From a virus (Duplodnaviria; Caudoviricetes), in IMG/VR virus record IMGVR_UViG_3300024355_000623, positions 1-32,277 of that record: DNA of 32,277 bases. One strand, written 5' to 3'. Positions 1 to 8,783 of the stretch are shown here, one piece after another (positions within the stretch are counted from its first letter, which is position 1; every line of letters begins with the position of its first letter). Position numbers and translations under genes: made by a program. The notes under the pieces were generated by a model. That model made no database searches. It saw only the letters and a program-made list of their open reading frames with translations, and had not been told where the DNA came from.

Positions 1-987
1 GAAGATGCTGCCGTTGCTTGCCCCCGATAAATCGCCGCCGGTTCCCCCGTACCCCAGAGGAATAGCAGTAGCATTCCACACCCCCGTGGTGATGGTGCCG
101 AGCGTGGTGATAGATGATTGCCCGACATAGGAGGTGTGAACCCGAAGTTGATTCAAGCCGTTCACCGAAATAGTGCTGCCGTCCGTTTGCACATTGAGCG
201 TAGTGCTGGAAAAAGATAAAGCTGTGCCAGCGGTAATAGAGCCAGAATCTGAAAACTGAGTAAACGCCAACGCCGTAGTGCCCAGCGTGATCGGGTTGTT
301 AGTGGTTAAGACATAGCCTCGGCCTGCGTTGGTTGTGCCTTCCTCGACAAACACAAAAAGACCACTGGTTACTTCGGAGGAAACATCCGCATCCGTTGCC
401 CGAATCCAACTTCCGCTAGCTGCGGTGTAAATGCCGTTGTCTGCTCCCGAAGTTTGATTTTTTACCAAAACTCGGTCACCTTGCGACAAGGAAACACCAT
501 CAATCGTAGACAGGCCAGAAAGCGTGATATTAGACAAGGTAGCTGCTCGTACAGACTCCTTGGCATCTAGACCGCTTCTGGCTGCATCCACATAAGCCTT
601 GTTGGCAGCATCATTGGGATTAACAGGGTCAGCCAATCCGGTAATGCGGTTGCTTCCCAAGGCCAGATTTGTGTTTGGGGTGGCAAACTGATCTAGACGA
701 AAAGCCGTGACATAAGTGCTGATGCCAGTGCCGGTGATAGTGCCGTTTAAAGTAGTTGTGCCCGAAAAAGTGTTATTGCCTGTGATGGTGGAATTGGACG
801 CAAGCCCTAAAAAAGCACCAGTCCCTGCTATGGGGACAATCGAAGTGGCTTGGCCGGAACCATTATCTCCAAATCCATAGTACAGGACATTTCCCGGCTC
901 ATTGTAGGCCAGTTCGGCGTTGTATAAGCTGCTTGGGGCACCTGTTTGCCCTGTGGTGCGCCTGCGAATGCGTAGAATATTAGCCAT
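1..987 (-). CDS. Tail fibre/receptor-binding-type virion protein, 3'-truncated by the window edge
   Basis: Not in ORF track. Read manually from ATG at 987 with a GGAGG RBS: MANILRIRRRTTGQTGAPSSLYNAELAYNE...RITGLADPVNPNDAANKAYVD...GDRVLVKNQTSGADNGIY. These are typical phage fibre motifs; the protein is Gly/Thr/Ser-rich and the frame is open to position 1. Confidence 0.8.
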   Translation of the reverse strand, partial: MANILRIRRRTTGQTGAPSSLYNAELAYNEPGNVLYYGFGDNGSGQATSIVPIAGTGAFLGLASNSTITGNNTFSGTTTLNGTITGTGISTYVTAFRLDQFATPNTNLALGSNRITGLADPVNPNDAANKAYVDAARSGLDAKESVRAATLSNITLSGLSTIDGVSLSQGDRVLVKNQTSGADNGIYTAASGSWIRATDADVSSEVTSGLFVFVEEGTTNAGRGYVLTTNNPITLGTTALAFTQFSDSGSITAGTALSFSSTTLNVQTDGSTISVNGLNQLRVHTSYVGQSSITTLGTITTGVWNATAIPLGYGGTGGDLSGASNGSIF

Positions 988-996
988 GATTGCCTC

Positions 997-1389
997 CTAG
1001 AAGTTCCCGCCATCGGTGACGGAACTGTTTTGCCAAACTCGTAAAACTGGATTGTACCGCAGGGTCTGATCCCCCTGCAAATTGACCAGAATCACATCAT
1101 TTAAGTCGTCCAGAATGGCAATGGGGCCTCCAGCGGGACCTCGTTCTCCCTGTTCGCCGCGTGGTCCCTGGATGCCTGGAATAGCCATGCGGATTTCAAG
1201 CGGTTGTTCAATGATTTCCACCTTGTTTCCATCACCGCTTACCGTGATGGAATTCTGCACATCATTGATCGTTAGGCTTTCACCATCACCCGTCAGGTTA
1301 ATGTCCTGGTCGGTCTGGCTAACAGCCACCTGAAATGGTCGCTGAATTTGGGCTTGTGGGTTTGAGTCGGAATAATCGATCCTGTTCAT
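997..1389 (-). CDS. Small tail-associated protein with a short collagen-like segment
   Basis: GIQGPRGEQGERGPAGGP Gly-X-Y triplets; LDDLNDV and DGGNF motifs common in phage fibre proteins; ATGA overlap with the upstream gene. Confidence 0.7.
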   Translation of the reverse strand: MNRIDYSDSNPQAQIQRPFQVAVSQTDQDINLTGDGESLTINDVQNSITVSGDGNKVEIIEQPLEIRMAIPGIQGPRGEQGERGPAGGPIAILDDLNDVILVNLQGDQTLRYNPVLRVWQNSSVTDGGNF

Positions 1390-1736
1390 CGTGTAACCTC
1401 GGGTTTCACCTTGAATTTACCTTCCACCAGGCGACGTACCACTCCATTAGGCGAGGTGAGCTCCAAATCATACACAAAGTCACCTGGAGCCAGTGTTGCT
1501 GTGGTGGTTGCCGGAACATTAAGAGTAATGGTTCCAGCCTGGCCTCCAAGGACGATCCGATTATTCAAGGTGGAAAGCTCCAAGGTGACGGTGGAAGAAG
1601 TCACCGTTGGTCGAACTTGCATTTGTGCCGAAAAACCAGTTAAATTAACCAGCAAACCGTTTCCATCTCGGAATGTCAGGTTTCTCTCCAGGGTGGCTCC
1701 CTGTTCGCAGATGATGTTGTAAATTGACGCTGGCAT
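1386..1736 (-). CDS. BppU-N-like beta-sandwich tail/baseplate protein
   Basis: True start likely MPASIYNIICEQGAT at 1736 (TGATG overlap); NLTGFSAQMQVR...YDLEL...RLVEGKF pattern. Confidence 0.7.
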   Translation of the reverse strand: MPASIYNIICEQGATLERNLTFRDGNGLLVNLTGFSAQMQVRPTVTSSTVTLELSTLNNRIVLGGQAGTITLNVPATTTATLAPGDFVYDLELTSPNGVVRRLVEGKFKVKPEVTR

Positions 1737-2740
1737 CACGAGGCCCTCGGATTGAAAAGCAGATTGAACCCGGAACCAGCCCCGGATTGAGCGACATCCG
1801 CATCGTACAGGTAAATGCCCCTGGTCGTATCCTTTGTCTCCTGGAGCTTGTCCCAAAAAGCTCTGTCTGGTCTGTATATCCTGTTCCAGCCAACAAATGC
1901 CAATTCTGTCTGCGATGCAGTAGTTATTTTGGTCTTGTTGTTGGCATCCACCACTTCTTTTGTCTTTGCCACTTTGTCATAAATAGGCATGATGGAAAAT
2001 TTGTAAGTGATGTCAAAGAATTTGAAGCCATCCGTGGTAATTTTCTGTTGAACTGAAGCCCCATCAAAGCGAAGTGTTTCAGCAGGCCATACCGCCACTC
2101 CAAGGTTGAAAGATGATTTGTTTATTCTGCCAAGCAAGGAAGTGATGGCACTTATTGGCCTTCGTGCCACATAATGCCGCTGCAAGGTGTAATCAATGCG
2201 AGGGATGACCTTGGTTGAGTTAACATTTGCCAACAGTGCTGTGTTTGTATTGTATCCGTACTTAAATTCAAAATGATTCATCGGCAAGGTTAATTGCTGG
2301 GCTGAAAAATCAAAACTTTGAGATGCCAGTTCTATTTCTGATTTTTCGCTAGAATTGTCTCCGCTGGCATTTTCTTGTTCTTGCGGGGTGGATGCTTCTG
2401 GTGTTTTGTAAGTTACCGTCAACCGTGCCAATTCGTAATAGTTCAAGCTGGCCAGCATATATGAAGCATTGTTTTCTGTTTTCCCTGCTCCGTGAAACTT
2501 CCCCATCCCCTCCGTGTCTATGGATTCACAAAAGCACTGGGGCAGCCACGGGTCACGCTCAGGAAGCCTGCGGATGATTCTGCCGTTAATATATCTAGGG
2601 CCACCCAACATTTCATAGGACAAAGGCCCAACGGCTGCATACGGATACACATCGAGAACACGGGTCACCGTTAAGCCGTTTCGGGTGTAATTGGCTTTCC
2701 GACTAACCTCTGTGATAGTGCATTGGGTCGTTACTGCCAT
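1736..2740 (-). CDS. Distal tail/hub-like protein
   Basis: 334 aa; immediately downstream of and coupled to the tape measure gene; function assigned by position. Confidence 0.55.
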   Translation of the reverse strand: MAVTTQCTITEVSRKANYTRNGLTVTRVLDVYPYAAVGPLSYEMLGGPRYINGRIIRRLPERDPWLPQCFCESIDTEGMGKFHGAGKTENNASYMLASLNYYELARLTVTYKTPEASTPQEQENASGDNSSEKSEIELASQSFDFSAQQLTLPMNHFEFKYGYNTNTALLANVNSTKVIPRIDYTLQRHYVARRPISAITSLLGRINKSSFNLGVAVWPAETLRFDGASVQQKITTDGFKFFDITYKFSIMPIYDKVAKTKEVVDANNKTKITTASQTELAFVGWNRIYRPDRAFWDKLQETKDTTRGIYLYDADVAQSGAGSGFNLLFNPRAS

Positions 2741-4926
2741 TATCTCACCGCCGGGATTTTGTCTTTGATTTGGACCAATGCCCCTGCCGCCACTTGAAGA
2801 TTTTGATTCATTGCTTTCATTTCCCCAAGCTGGGCCTGCTCCACATTTTGCCCAGTATTAGAGGCAAACGCTTGTTGCAACCTGTCAAAAGTGTTTTGGA
2901 ATCCTTCAAACGCCACTGTGCCTTTGATTTTGAATCCATCCCCTTTGCCTTGGTCTTTGATGCCAGTAAACATCCCGACCACGGCTTTGGCCAAACCTCT
3001 GGCCTTGATTGCGTTTTCTTCCACCTTCTTTTGAATCTCAGGCCCAGCAGCGGCTCCCACAAAATTGGCAATTTCCTTTCCAATCTCTTTGGCTTTTTGC
3101 TTGTTGTCTTCCAGTTTCATGGTCAAACGATCAAGCATTCCATCCATCTTTTTTTGCATAGCATCGGTATCAAAAATATCTGTATTTCCTTTCCCTAACT
3201 CTTTCATTTTCTTGGCGGTTTCTTCGTTAATGATTCCAAGTTTTTCCAGTACCCATGCAGCAGCTTTGGCCAGCTTGTTAATCATGCCCCACCACAACTC
3301 GCTGATCTTGTTTACTCCCACGGCAAACGCTTTAACAATCTGAAACACTAACGAAACAACTACAGCGACAAAATTTTTCCAACTGGAAAACATCCACTTG
3401 ATGGCTCCACCCACGCTTTCCATAATCCCGCCCGTTGCGTCATTGAATGAGCCAAAAATGCCCTCGGCCACTTGCTTGATGTATCCCCAGACGGTTTTAA
3501 ATCCTGTTAAAATCAAGTCTATGACCGGTTTCACGGCGTTGTCGTAGATAAACATAAACCCTTCAGATAATGCCTCTATGACCGTTTCCGCAGCAACCTG
3601 CAAATCCAGCCAAGCTTCCACCACGGCTGTCATCACACCTTGGAAAGTGGAGGCATCCTCAATGCTGGTGCCAAAAAACCCTGCGATCAATTCCCCCACA
3701 TACGACACCGCATCGCTGATCGCATCCTTGGCCTCAGTCCAAAGGTCAATCAAACTTTCCACCAACGGTGCCATGTAAGTGTCGTAAGCTTCTTGAATGG
3801 CTGTCATCGCTTTTTCAAAGATACTGACGGCTTGATCCCAAGTGTCCATGAAGAAGGCAATAAAGTTAGCCAGTACATCTTCCCACGACTTGGTACCGTC
3901 AAATGCCCCAGCCAGATAGGCTCCAAGTCCGATAATCGCAGCCCCCACCAATCCAATTGGGCTGGTGATTGCGGCAATGGCTGCACCCAGAGTCGTGATT
4001 GCTGTGACTGCCACTGGGATTAAACCGACAAATGCGGTCAGGGCTGCGATAACAATACCCCACCTGGCAACCGAATCCTTCAATTCCCCTGATAGGCTGT
4101 TCCAGTAGCTGGTAAGCTTGTTCACCAGTTCCGTCGCCATGCGCACATAAGGGGCAAACATGTCACCCACGGTCCTGCTCAGGACCTCAAATGCCTTGCT
4201 AAGATGTTCCCCCTCGACAGTTCCTGACGAAGCAGACCGTACAAGCATGCCAACGGCCCCGCTAACCGCAGCCCCGGCAATCAAGGCGGTGGCCCCAACT
4301 TTTTTCATGCGTTCCGAAAACTTGTCCACAGCTCCACCAGCGCCCAGAAATGATTCTTTTATGTTTTTCAGACCGCCTATCACGGTGCCATACTTGGCGA
4401 CATTGAAGGCCTTTTGCTCGGCCTTGGCCAGTCGGTTCTGTTCCCTCTCCAAGGCAATCTGCGCTCGCATCAACTGAGAAGTGGCTCCGCTGGCCAGTTG
4501 CATTTTGCTAACCTGCAAATCCATGGATTTGGCGGCTTGGTTGACTTTTTCATTTAAAGTGCTTTCAGAAGCGGCCAGACTTATGAATTCCCTGCTTCCG
4601 GCCTGAACTTTCTGAATCTGAAGCTGAAGCTGCTTATTGATGGTGTCGTTGAGTTTTTCGGACACCTTGGATTTTTCAATAAACTTGGAAAGACCTTCGT
4701 TTTTCCTAAACAAGTCGTCCATTTTTTTCTGGTTCTGAAACAGGGTATCTGCCGTAGCAATCCCCTTTTTCAAGACACTGTCATAAAGTTCCTTGAATTT
4801 TCCGGAGAGAACCATGACCGCCTTGTGGGCGTGTTCGCTGTTGGCAGCGGTTTCCTTGGTTTGCCGTTCGACTTCTTCCAGTCCCTTGGCGAAAAATTCG
4901 ACATAGGATTCAGCCAGCTTTCCCAT
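2740..4926 (-). CDS. Tail tape measure protein
   Basis: 728 aa, helical, Ala/Gly/Lys-rich, with periodic W/F residues and a hydrophobic segment; follows the tail chaperones. Confidence 0.88.
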   Translation of the reverse strand: MGKLAESYVEFFAKGLEEVERQTKETAANSEHAHKAVMVLSGKFKELYDSVLKKGIATADTLFQNQKKMDDLFRKNEGLSKFIEKSKVSEKLNDTINKQLQLQIQKVQAGSREFISLAASESTLNEKVNQAAKSMDLQVSKMQLASGATSQLMRAQIALEREQNRLAKAEQKAFNVAKYGTVIGGLKNIKESFLGAGGAVDKFSERMKKVGATALIAGAAVSGAVGMLVRSASSGTVEGEHLSKAFEVLSRTVGDMFAPYVRMATELVNKLTSYWNSLSGELKDSVARWGIVIAALTAFVGLIPVAVTAITTLGAAIAAITSPIGLVGAAIIGLGAYLAGAFDGTKSWEDVLANFIAFFMDTWDQAVSIFEKAMTAIQEAYDTYMAPLVESLIDLWTEAKDAISDAVSYVGELIAGFFGTSIEDASTFQGVMTAVVEAWLDLQVAAETVIEALSEGFMFIYDNAVKPVIDLILTGFKTVWGYIKQVAEGIFGSFNDATGGIMESVGGAIKWMFSSWKNFVAVVVSLVFQIVKAFAVGVNKISELWWGMINKLAKAAAWVLEKLGIINEETAKKMKELGKGNTDIFDTDAMQKKMDGMLDRLTMKLEDNKQKAKEIGKEIANFVGAAAGPEIQKKVEENAIKARGLAKAVVGMFTGIKDQGKGDGFKIKGTVAFEGFQNTFDRLQQAFASNTGQNVEQAQLGEMKAMNQNLQVAAGALVQIKDKIPAVR

Positions 4927-5577
4927 GCTTTCGCTCCTTTACCCGTTGAATTGCTTCAGCCAGCGTTAGTTCTTCCCGGTAAGTGGACAAAGCAGCTAAC
5001 TGAGGCAAGGGCAGTTTGGAAATATCTTCGGCGGTATAACGGCCTTCTGATTTTTCCAGCAAATCTCGATACCATTTTGGCCTGTCTTGCTCTGCCCATG
5101 ATTGCAAGAAGTCAGGCCAATCTAGTTTCCCTTGTTAGTCAGTTGCTCCATTCCACAAGCCACGGACAATTCTTCCATTACCGAAACAATGCTTTCTTGC
5201 TGATTCACTAATTCGTAACATTTCTCCAGTGTTAGTTCTGGATGGTTCTTTCGGGCTAACATCCAAAACAAAAATCCGCAACCATTTGCGGAAAGCATCT
5301 GGTCACGGAAAAAGATGGCATTGCCTTCTACCCCGCCATTGGCTTGCAACTTAACCGCTTCCGAAATTGCAGATTTTTGCAGTTCCTCTGGCATCCCCTT
5401 CAGGGATTCCATAATAGAAGCCAGCGGGCTTTTAAGCGTTTTGCGAAGGTGCTTGTGCAGGGTCGCAATCGTCTGATCGGTCACTTGATCAATCAGATAA
5501 GTTTTGCCAGCAATTGCAAAAGAACCCTGTGCCCCTGCCACCGCTTCGTTGGTTTTAGCGTTCTCGTCTTTGCTCAT
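4910..5577 (-). CDS. Tail assembly chaperone, long (G-T-like) form made by a -1 programmed frameshift
   Basis: Slippery heptamer G GGA AAC (5131-5125) directly before TAG; the -1 frame is open (LDWPDFLQSWAEQDRPKW...) to the stop at 4910. Confidence 0.8.
5122..5577 (-). CDS. Tail assembly chaperone, short (gpG-like) form
   Basis: 151 aa between the tail tube and tape measure genes; GGGAG RBS. Confidence 0.8.
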   Translation of the reverse strand: MSKDENAKTNEAVAGAQGSFAIAGKTYLIDQVTDQTIATLHKHLRKTLKSPLASIMESLKGMPEELQKSAISEAVKLQANGGVEGNAIFFRDQMLSANGCGFLFWMLARKNHPELTLEKCYELVNQQESIVSVMEELSVACGMEQLTNKGN

Positions 5578-5598
5578 GATGTACTCCCTTTGGTATTA

Positions 5599-6036
5599 CT
5601 AAGTCGGATCGGTTATTTGGCCGGTGCTTTTGAAGGTGCAGGCAAACTTGACCACATCCGCCACCGTGTTGGTCACGCTAACGCTTTCAATGCGAGCGTC
5701 CATGGAATAGAATTTGCCCGAATCGCCCACATAAAGCTTAAGAGTGACTTTTTTGCCGACCTCTATGGTTCCAGCCGTGTCAGCCCCGCTGTCTTGTGCG
5801 TTAGAAGAATTCAGCGTGGTTCCGTTATCAGGGATGTTGGCGGAATCCCACAAAGCGTTAAAAGTTCCGCTTCCTTCCGTGACGCTTGGAAAATATTCAG
5901 CGTAACCGTTGCTTCCAGAATTAGTGACTTCCACCAAGCGACTGGTCTTGGTCAGGTTCCAATCCAGAACAGCATAATCTGTAGACCCGGCAGTTACTTT
6001 TCCACCAGTTCCACGGACAAAAGTAGGTGTTGGCAT
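5599..6036 (-). CDS. Major tail tube protein
   Basis: 145 aa, beta-rich; W-x-L...VEVTNS...GSGTFNALWD...F-x-STG pattern; position; AGGAG RBS. Confidence 0.8.
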   Translation of the reverse strand: MPTPTFVRGTGGKVTAGSTDYAVLDWNLTKTSRLVEVTNSGSNGYAEYFPSVTEGSGTFNALWDSANIPDNGTTLNSSNAQDSGADTAGTIEVGKKVTLKLYVGDSGKFYSMDARIESVSVTNTVADVVKFACTFKSTGQITDPT

Positions 6037-6054
6037 GATTATCTCCTTTGCGAA

Positions 6055-6576
6055 TTAATTGCCCAAAATCCAGAGAATATAGCTTAACGAAGAGTCTCCG
6101 GGATTCATAATTGGCAGAACATCCCCGGTACCCGGGGTAACCGTCCATCCAGGACCCAGGGCATCCAGCCAGAGTAGCCAGTTCCTTGTTTCCTGGTACA
6201 CTTCCGCTCCGGTTCCACCAAATGGTCCCTGCCATGCGTTGGCTATCCCCTGGGGGCCAACCCGCAGTTTTTTGGTTGCATCTGCATCGACAATTGAAAT
6301 CAGCAGAGCCTTAATGGTTCCAAAACTGGCGTTTCCTCCAAATGGATCGGTAAGAGAACCAGCCAGATCAAAGGTCTGGGTTGCCCCAGCAGCAATGTTC
6401 TGGTGCATGCGATGCCACCTGCTTGCTTGGCCGGGATTCGTTCCGTTGACAAAAGATGCTGACATGGATGGGAAAGACTGGTTCCCGGAGGAAAGGCTGT
6501 CCGTCACTACGGCCAGAGTGTCGTCCCGGGTCAATACACCTGATGCGGTCAGTGAAAAAGATGCGGCTAGGTTCAT
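6055..6576 (-). CDS. Virion structural protein of unknown function
   Basis: 173 aa, beta-rich, in the structural operon between the tail terminator and tube genes. Confidence 0.55.
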   Translation of the reverse strand: MNLAASFSLTASGVLTRDDTLAVVTDSLSSGNQSFPSMSASFVNGTNPGQASRWHRMHQNIAAGATQTFDLAGSLTDPFGGNASFGTIKALLISIVDADATKKLRVGPQGIANAWQGPFGGTGAEVYQETRNWLLWLDALGPGWTVTPGTGDVLPIMNPGDSSLSYILWILGN

Positions 6577-7013
6577 ATGCTGGTTCTCCCTTGAGCCATT
6601 ACATCCCAGCTATTTTTTGTCAGAAGAACATCTTCTGAATCCCTAAGGATATCCTGGAGTTCCAGATGGCTGGTGCTTGGCATAAATTCGAGCAATCTAC
6701 CACTTTCAAAGGCGATGTCACCCTGGCAAAAGTCAAACGCCTCTCCCACCAGAGTGGCAATATTTTTGGCATTGGGTGCCCCTGGACCTCCTGCCGTGTA
6801 AATCGAAACTCGCACCTTGAAACGCATCAAAAAATCACCACTGGAAACAAAGGTTCTTGTTCCTTCTTCCACCTGGACGATGCCGTATGGGATGGCAGTG
6901 TCCTGGGGAGCCCTAGCAAACCAAAGGCCACCTGGAACCAAGGTTGCAACATTGGTCTGGGTACTCCATACGGCCTGCATGCCTTCCAAGGTCTGATGGA
7001 TTAGTGTGTTCAC
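6573..7013 (-). CDS. Tail terminator/completion protein
   Basis: GGLWFARAPQDTAIPYGIV motif typical of gp17/DUF3168-like proteins; position. Confidence 0.65.
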   Translation of the reverse strand: MNTLIHQTLEGMQAVWSTQTNVATLVPGGLWFARAPQDTAIPYGIVQVEEGTRTFVSSGDFLMRFKVRVSIYTAGGPGAPNAKNIATLVGEAFDFCQGDIAFESGRLLEFMPSTSHLELQDILRDSEDVLLTKNSWDVMAQGRTSI

Positions 7014-7393
7014 GGGCTGTTCACCAGATCCCCGCCTGCCAGGGCTCCAAGTTGAGGTTCCAGATCGGTCAGGGTTTTCCGGAGGCCAAGCCGCTGTTTC
7101 TGGAATTCCAGGATCGGTCCATAAAAAGCGTTGGCCAGGTAACCCGCGCGGATCCTAAGGGTCTGTTCCACTTCGATGGGGCTGATGGGATCCCAGAGCA
7201 CGCTGGCCTGCAGGAATCCTGTGCGTTTGGCGGGATATTCACCGGGCCTGGATGCGGGAGGAGCTGTCTTGGCTCCCAGTCTCTGCTGGTGCTGGTTTGC
7301 GAAGAATACCGCGGCTGCCAGCAAATTTTTGGCGATAGCCTTGCGGGCCTGATCGGTCACCTGCGCCGCGTTGTTACGGAACATGGCGGGCAT
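7010..7393 (-). CDS. Neck protein, HK97 gp10-like
   Basis: SRPGEYPAKRTGFLQASV...YGPILEF motif. Confidence 0.7.
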   Translation of the reverse strand: MPAMFRNNAAQVTDQARKAIAKNLLAAAVFFANQHQQRLGAKTAPPASRPGEYPAKRTGFLQASVLWDPISPIEVEQTLRIRAGYLANAFYGPILEFQKQRLGLRKTLTDLEPQLGALAGGDLVNSP

Positions 7394-8067
7394 CAGGCAA
7401 TCCTTTCTAGGCTAAGCACCTGAAGGACATCCATGACATCCGGTGCAGTCCCGGAAACAATCTGGTAGGTGACCCCGTCCTGGTCGATGATGCGGTCGGT
7501 GGATTTCCACGCCAACCGTTTTCCGCAGTGGCATTCATAACGGGTTTTCACCTGTTTCTTGCCAAGCAAGTCCATGGATTCGGTACCGGTTTCCTGAATT
7601 CTCGCCGGCACGTGGCCAAGGACCAGAGAATAATTGCTGGCCACCCTCCCTCCGGCTGGGTCACGGGTGTTGGCAGGCCGGTAGAGACCGATATTCTGGC
7701 GCAGGTTCTCAGCCAGCACCAGATCCCGGCAGTTCAGGCGCCAGGTGGATCGGAGGTTGTTAAACTGGGTGTCCAGCACGGTCCATGTCCTTCCCGAGGA
7801 GTCCGTGATGAAATCGCTGGGGTTCGGAGTCACGCCCTCTGGCAATACCGCCTGAGGAATCAACCAGACCAAATCATGGCCCGTGAAAATCCCGGTGCGC
7901 TGGGTTGGAATGTCCTGGGCGGTGATGTTTCGCCGCTTGGCATCGGCAATCGGGTGGGTTTCCTCGTAGCCGCCGCTGTCCAGGATCAAGCCGTGGACCG
8001 TGTAGCTGATGGCTTCCCGGTTATCCCATATTTTGTAGTCCTCAGAATGATCCAGAGTGAAAGTCAT
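7393..8067 (-). CDS. Head closure/head-tail joining protein, apparently two tandem domains
   Basis: Two halves, with PSDFITDSSGRTWTV and STDRIIDQDGVTYQI respectively; position after the adaptor. Confidence 0.6.
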   Translation of the reverse strand: MTFTLDHSEDYKIWDNREAISYTVHGLILDSGGYEETHPIADAKRRNITAQDIPTQRTGIFTGHDLVWLIPQAVLPEGVTPNPSDFITDSSGRTWTVLDTQFNNLRSTWRLNCRDLVLAENLRQNIGLYRPANTRDPAGGRVASNYSLVLGHVPARIQETGTESMDLLGKKQVKTRYECHCGKRLAWKSTDRIIDQDGVTYQIVSGTAPDVMDVLQVLSLERIA

Positions 8068-8075
8068 TCATGCAC

Positions 8076-8396
8076 CTATGCCACAGATTCAATCAAAACC
8101 AAATGCCCTGTTAAATTTCCAGCACTACTGGTTTCTATAATTAAGTCTTCATTAAAATTAGTTTGCAAATTTCCGATTAAACCTAAAGGTGAAATAGGAC
8201 CAAAAGGAACGACAATAGATCCACTTGCTGCAATAGACATAGCACCAGAAATATCATTTGTTCCCGATTTCCATTTAAAAGTCATCGCTGTATCGGAAGT
8301 CAGCGTGTAACTTAAAACCCTAAAAAATCTACCCGCAACAAAAGGGTAAATTGTGGTATCACCAGATGTACTAATATCAATTGAAATATATCTCAT
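8076..8396 (-). CDS. AT-rich small beta-sandwich protein, probably structural
   Basis: 106 aa ORF with ATGA overlap to the upstream gene; visibly AT-rich relative to its flanks. Confidence 0.6.
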   Translation of the reverse strand: MRYISIDISTSGDTTIYPFVAGRFFRVLSYTLTSDTAMTFKWKSGTNDISGAMSIAASGSIVVPFGPISPLGLIGNLQTNFNEDLIIETSSAGNLTGHLVLIESVA

Positions 8397-8611
8397 GTCT
8401 TCATCCTCGTCACCTTCTGGAAAGGACCAGTGAGGGTTTGCTGCGCTCGTTGCAGGCCCTCCAAATTCTGGTTTAAGGCGGTCAGGTACGACTCGTGGGA
8501 ATAGCTTTCACCATCCACGGTGTACGTGGGCTTGTAGCTGGAGGTCACCTCGACGATGCGCTGGGTGACCTGTTCGATGGCTATACGGATGTTTTCTGCT
8601 GGCGTTGGCAT
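8393..8611 (-). CDS. Head-tail adaptor, gpW-like
   Basis: MPTPAENIRIAIEQV...KPTYTVDGESYS...YLTALNQNL helix-hairpin-helix pattern. Confidence 0.65.
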   Translation of the reverse strand: MPTPAENIRIAIEQVTQRIVEVTSSYKPTYTVDGESYSHESYLTALNQNLEGLQRAQQTLTGPFQKVTRMKT

Positions 8612-8775
8612 GGCGCAAGCTCCATCCATTCGATGTCTGGAGTCAGGATCTGGAACCGTTCCCGATACCTAGCCTCTGCCTCCGACTTGGTACTGGCCTC
8701 AACAAGCAAGCGGGGAAGCCCGTTGGCACGGACCTCCCACACTTGGCGAATTTCCGGTGGAACTCCCTTTTTCAT
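8581..8775 (-). CDS. Hypothetical protein
   Basis: MKKGVPPEIRQVWEV... start at 8775 with an AGGAG RBS just after the capsid stop. Confidence 0.6.
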   Translation of the reverse strand: MKKGVPPEIRQVWEVRANGLPRLLVEASTKSEAEARYRERFQILTPDIEWMELAPCQRQQKTSV

Positions 8776-8783
8776 GCCAACTC

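Noticed and set aside
1-987. Possible diversity-generating retroelement target in the fibre gene
   Set aside because: No reverse transcriptase or TR/VR pair is visible in the window, and the gene's 3' end lies outside it
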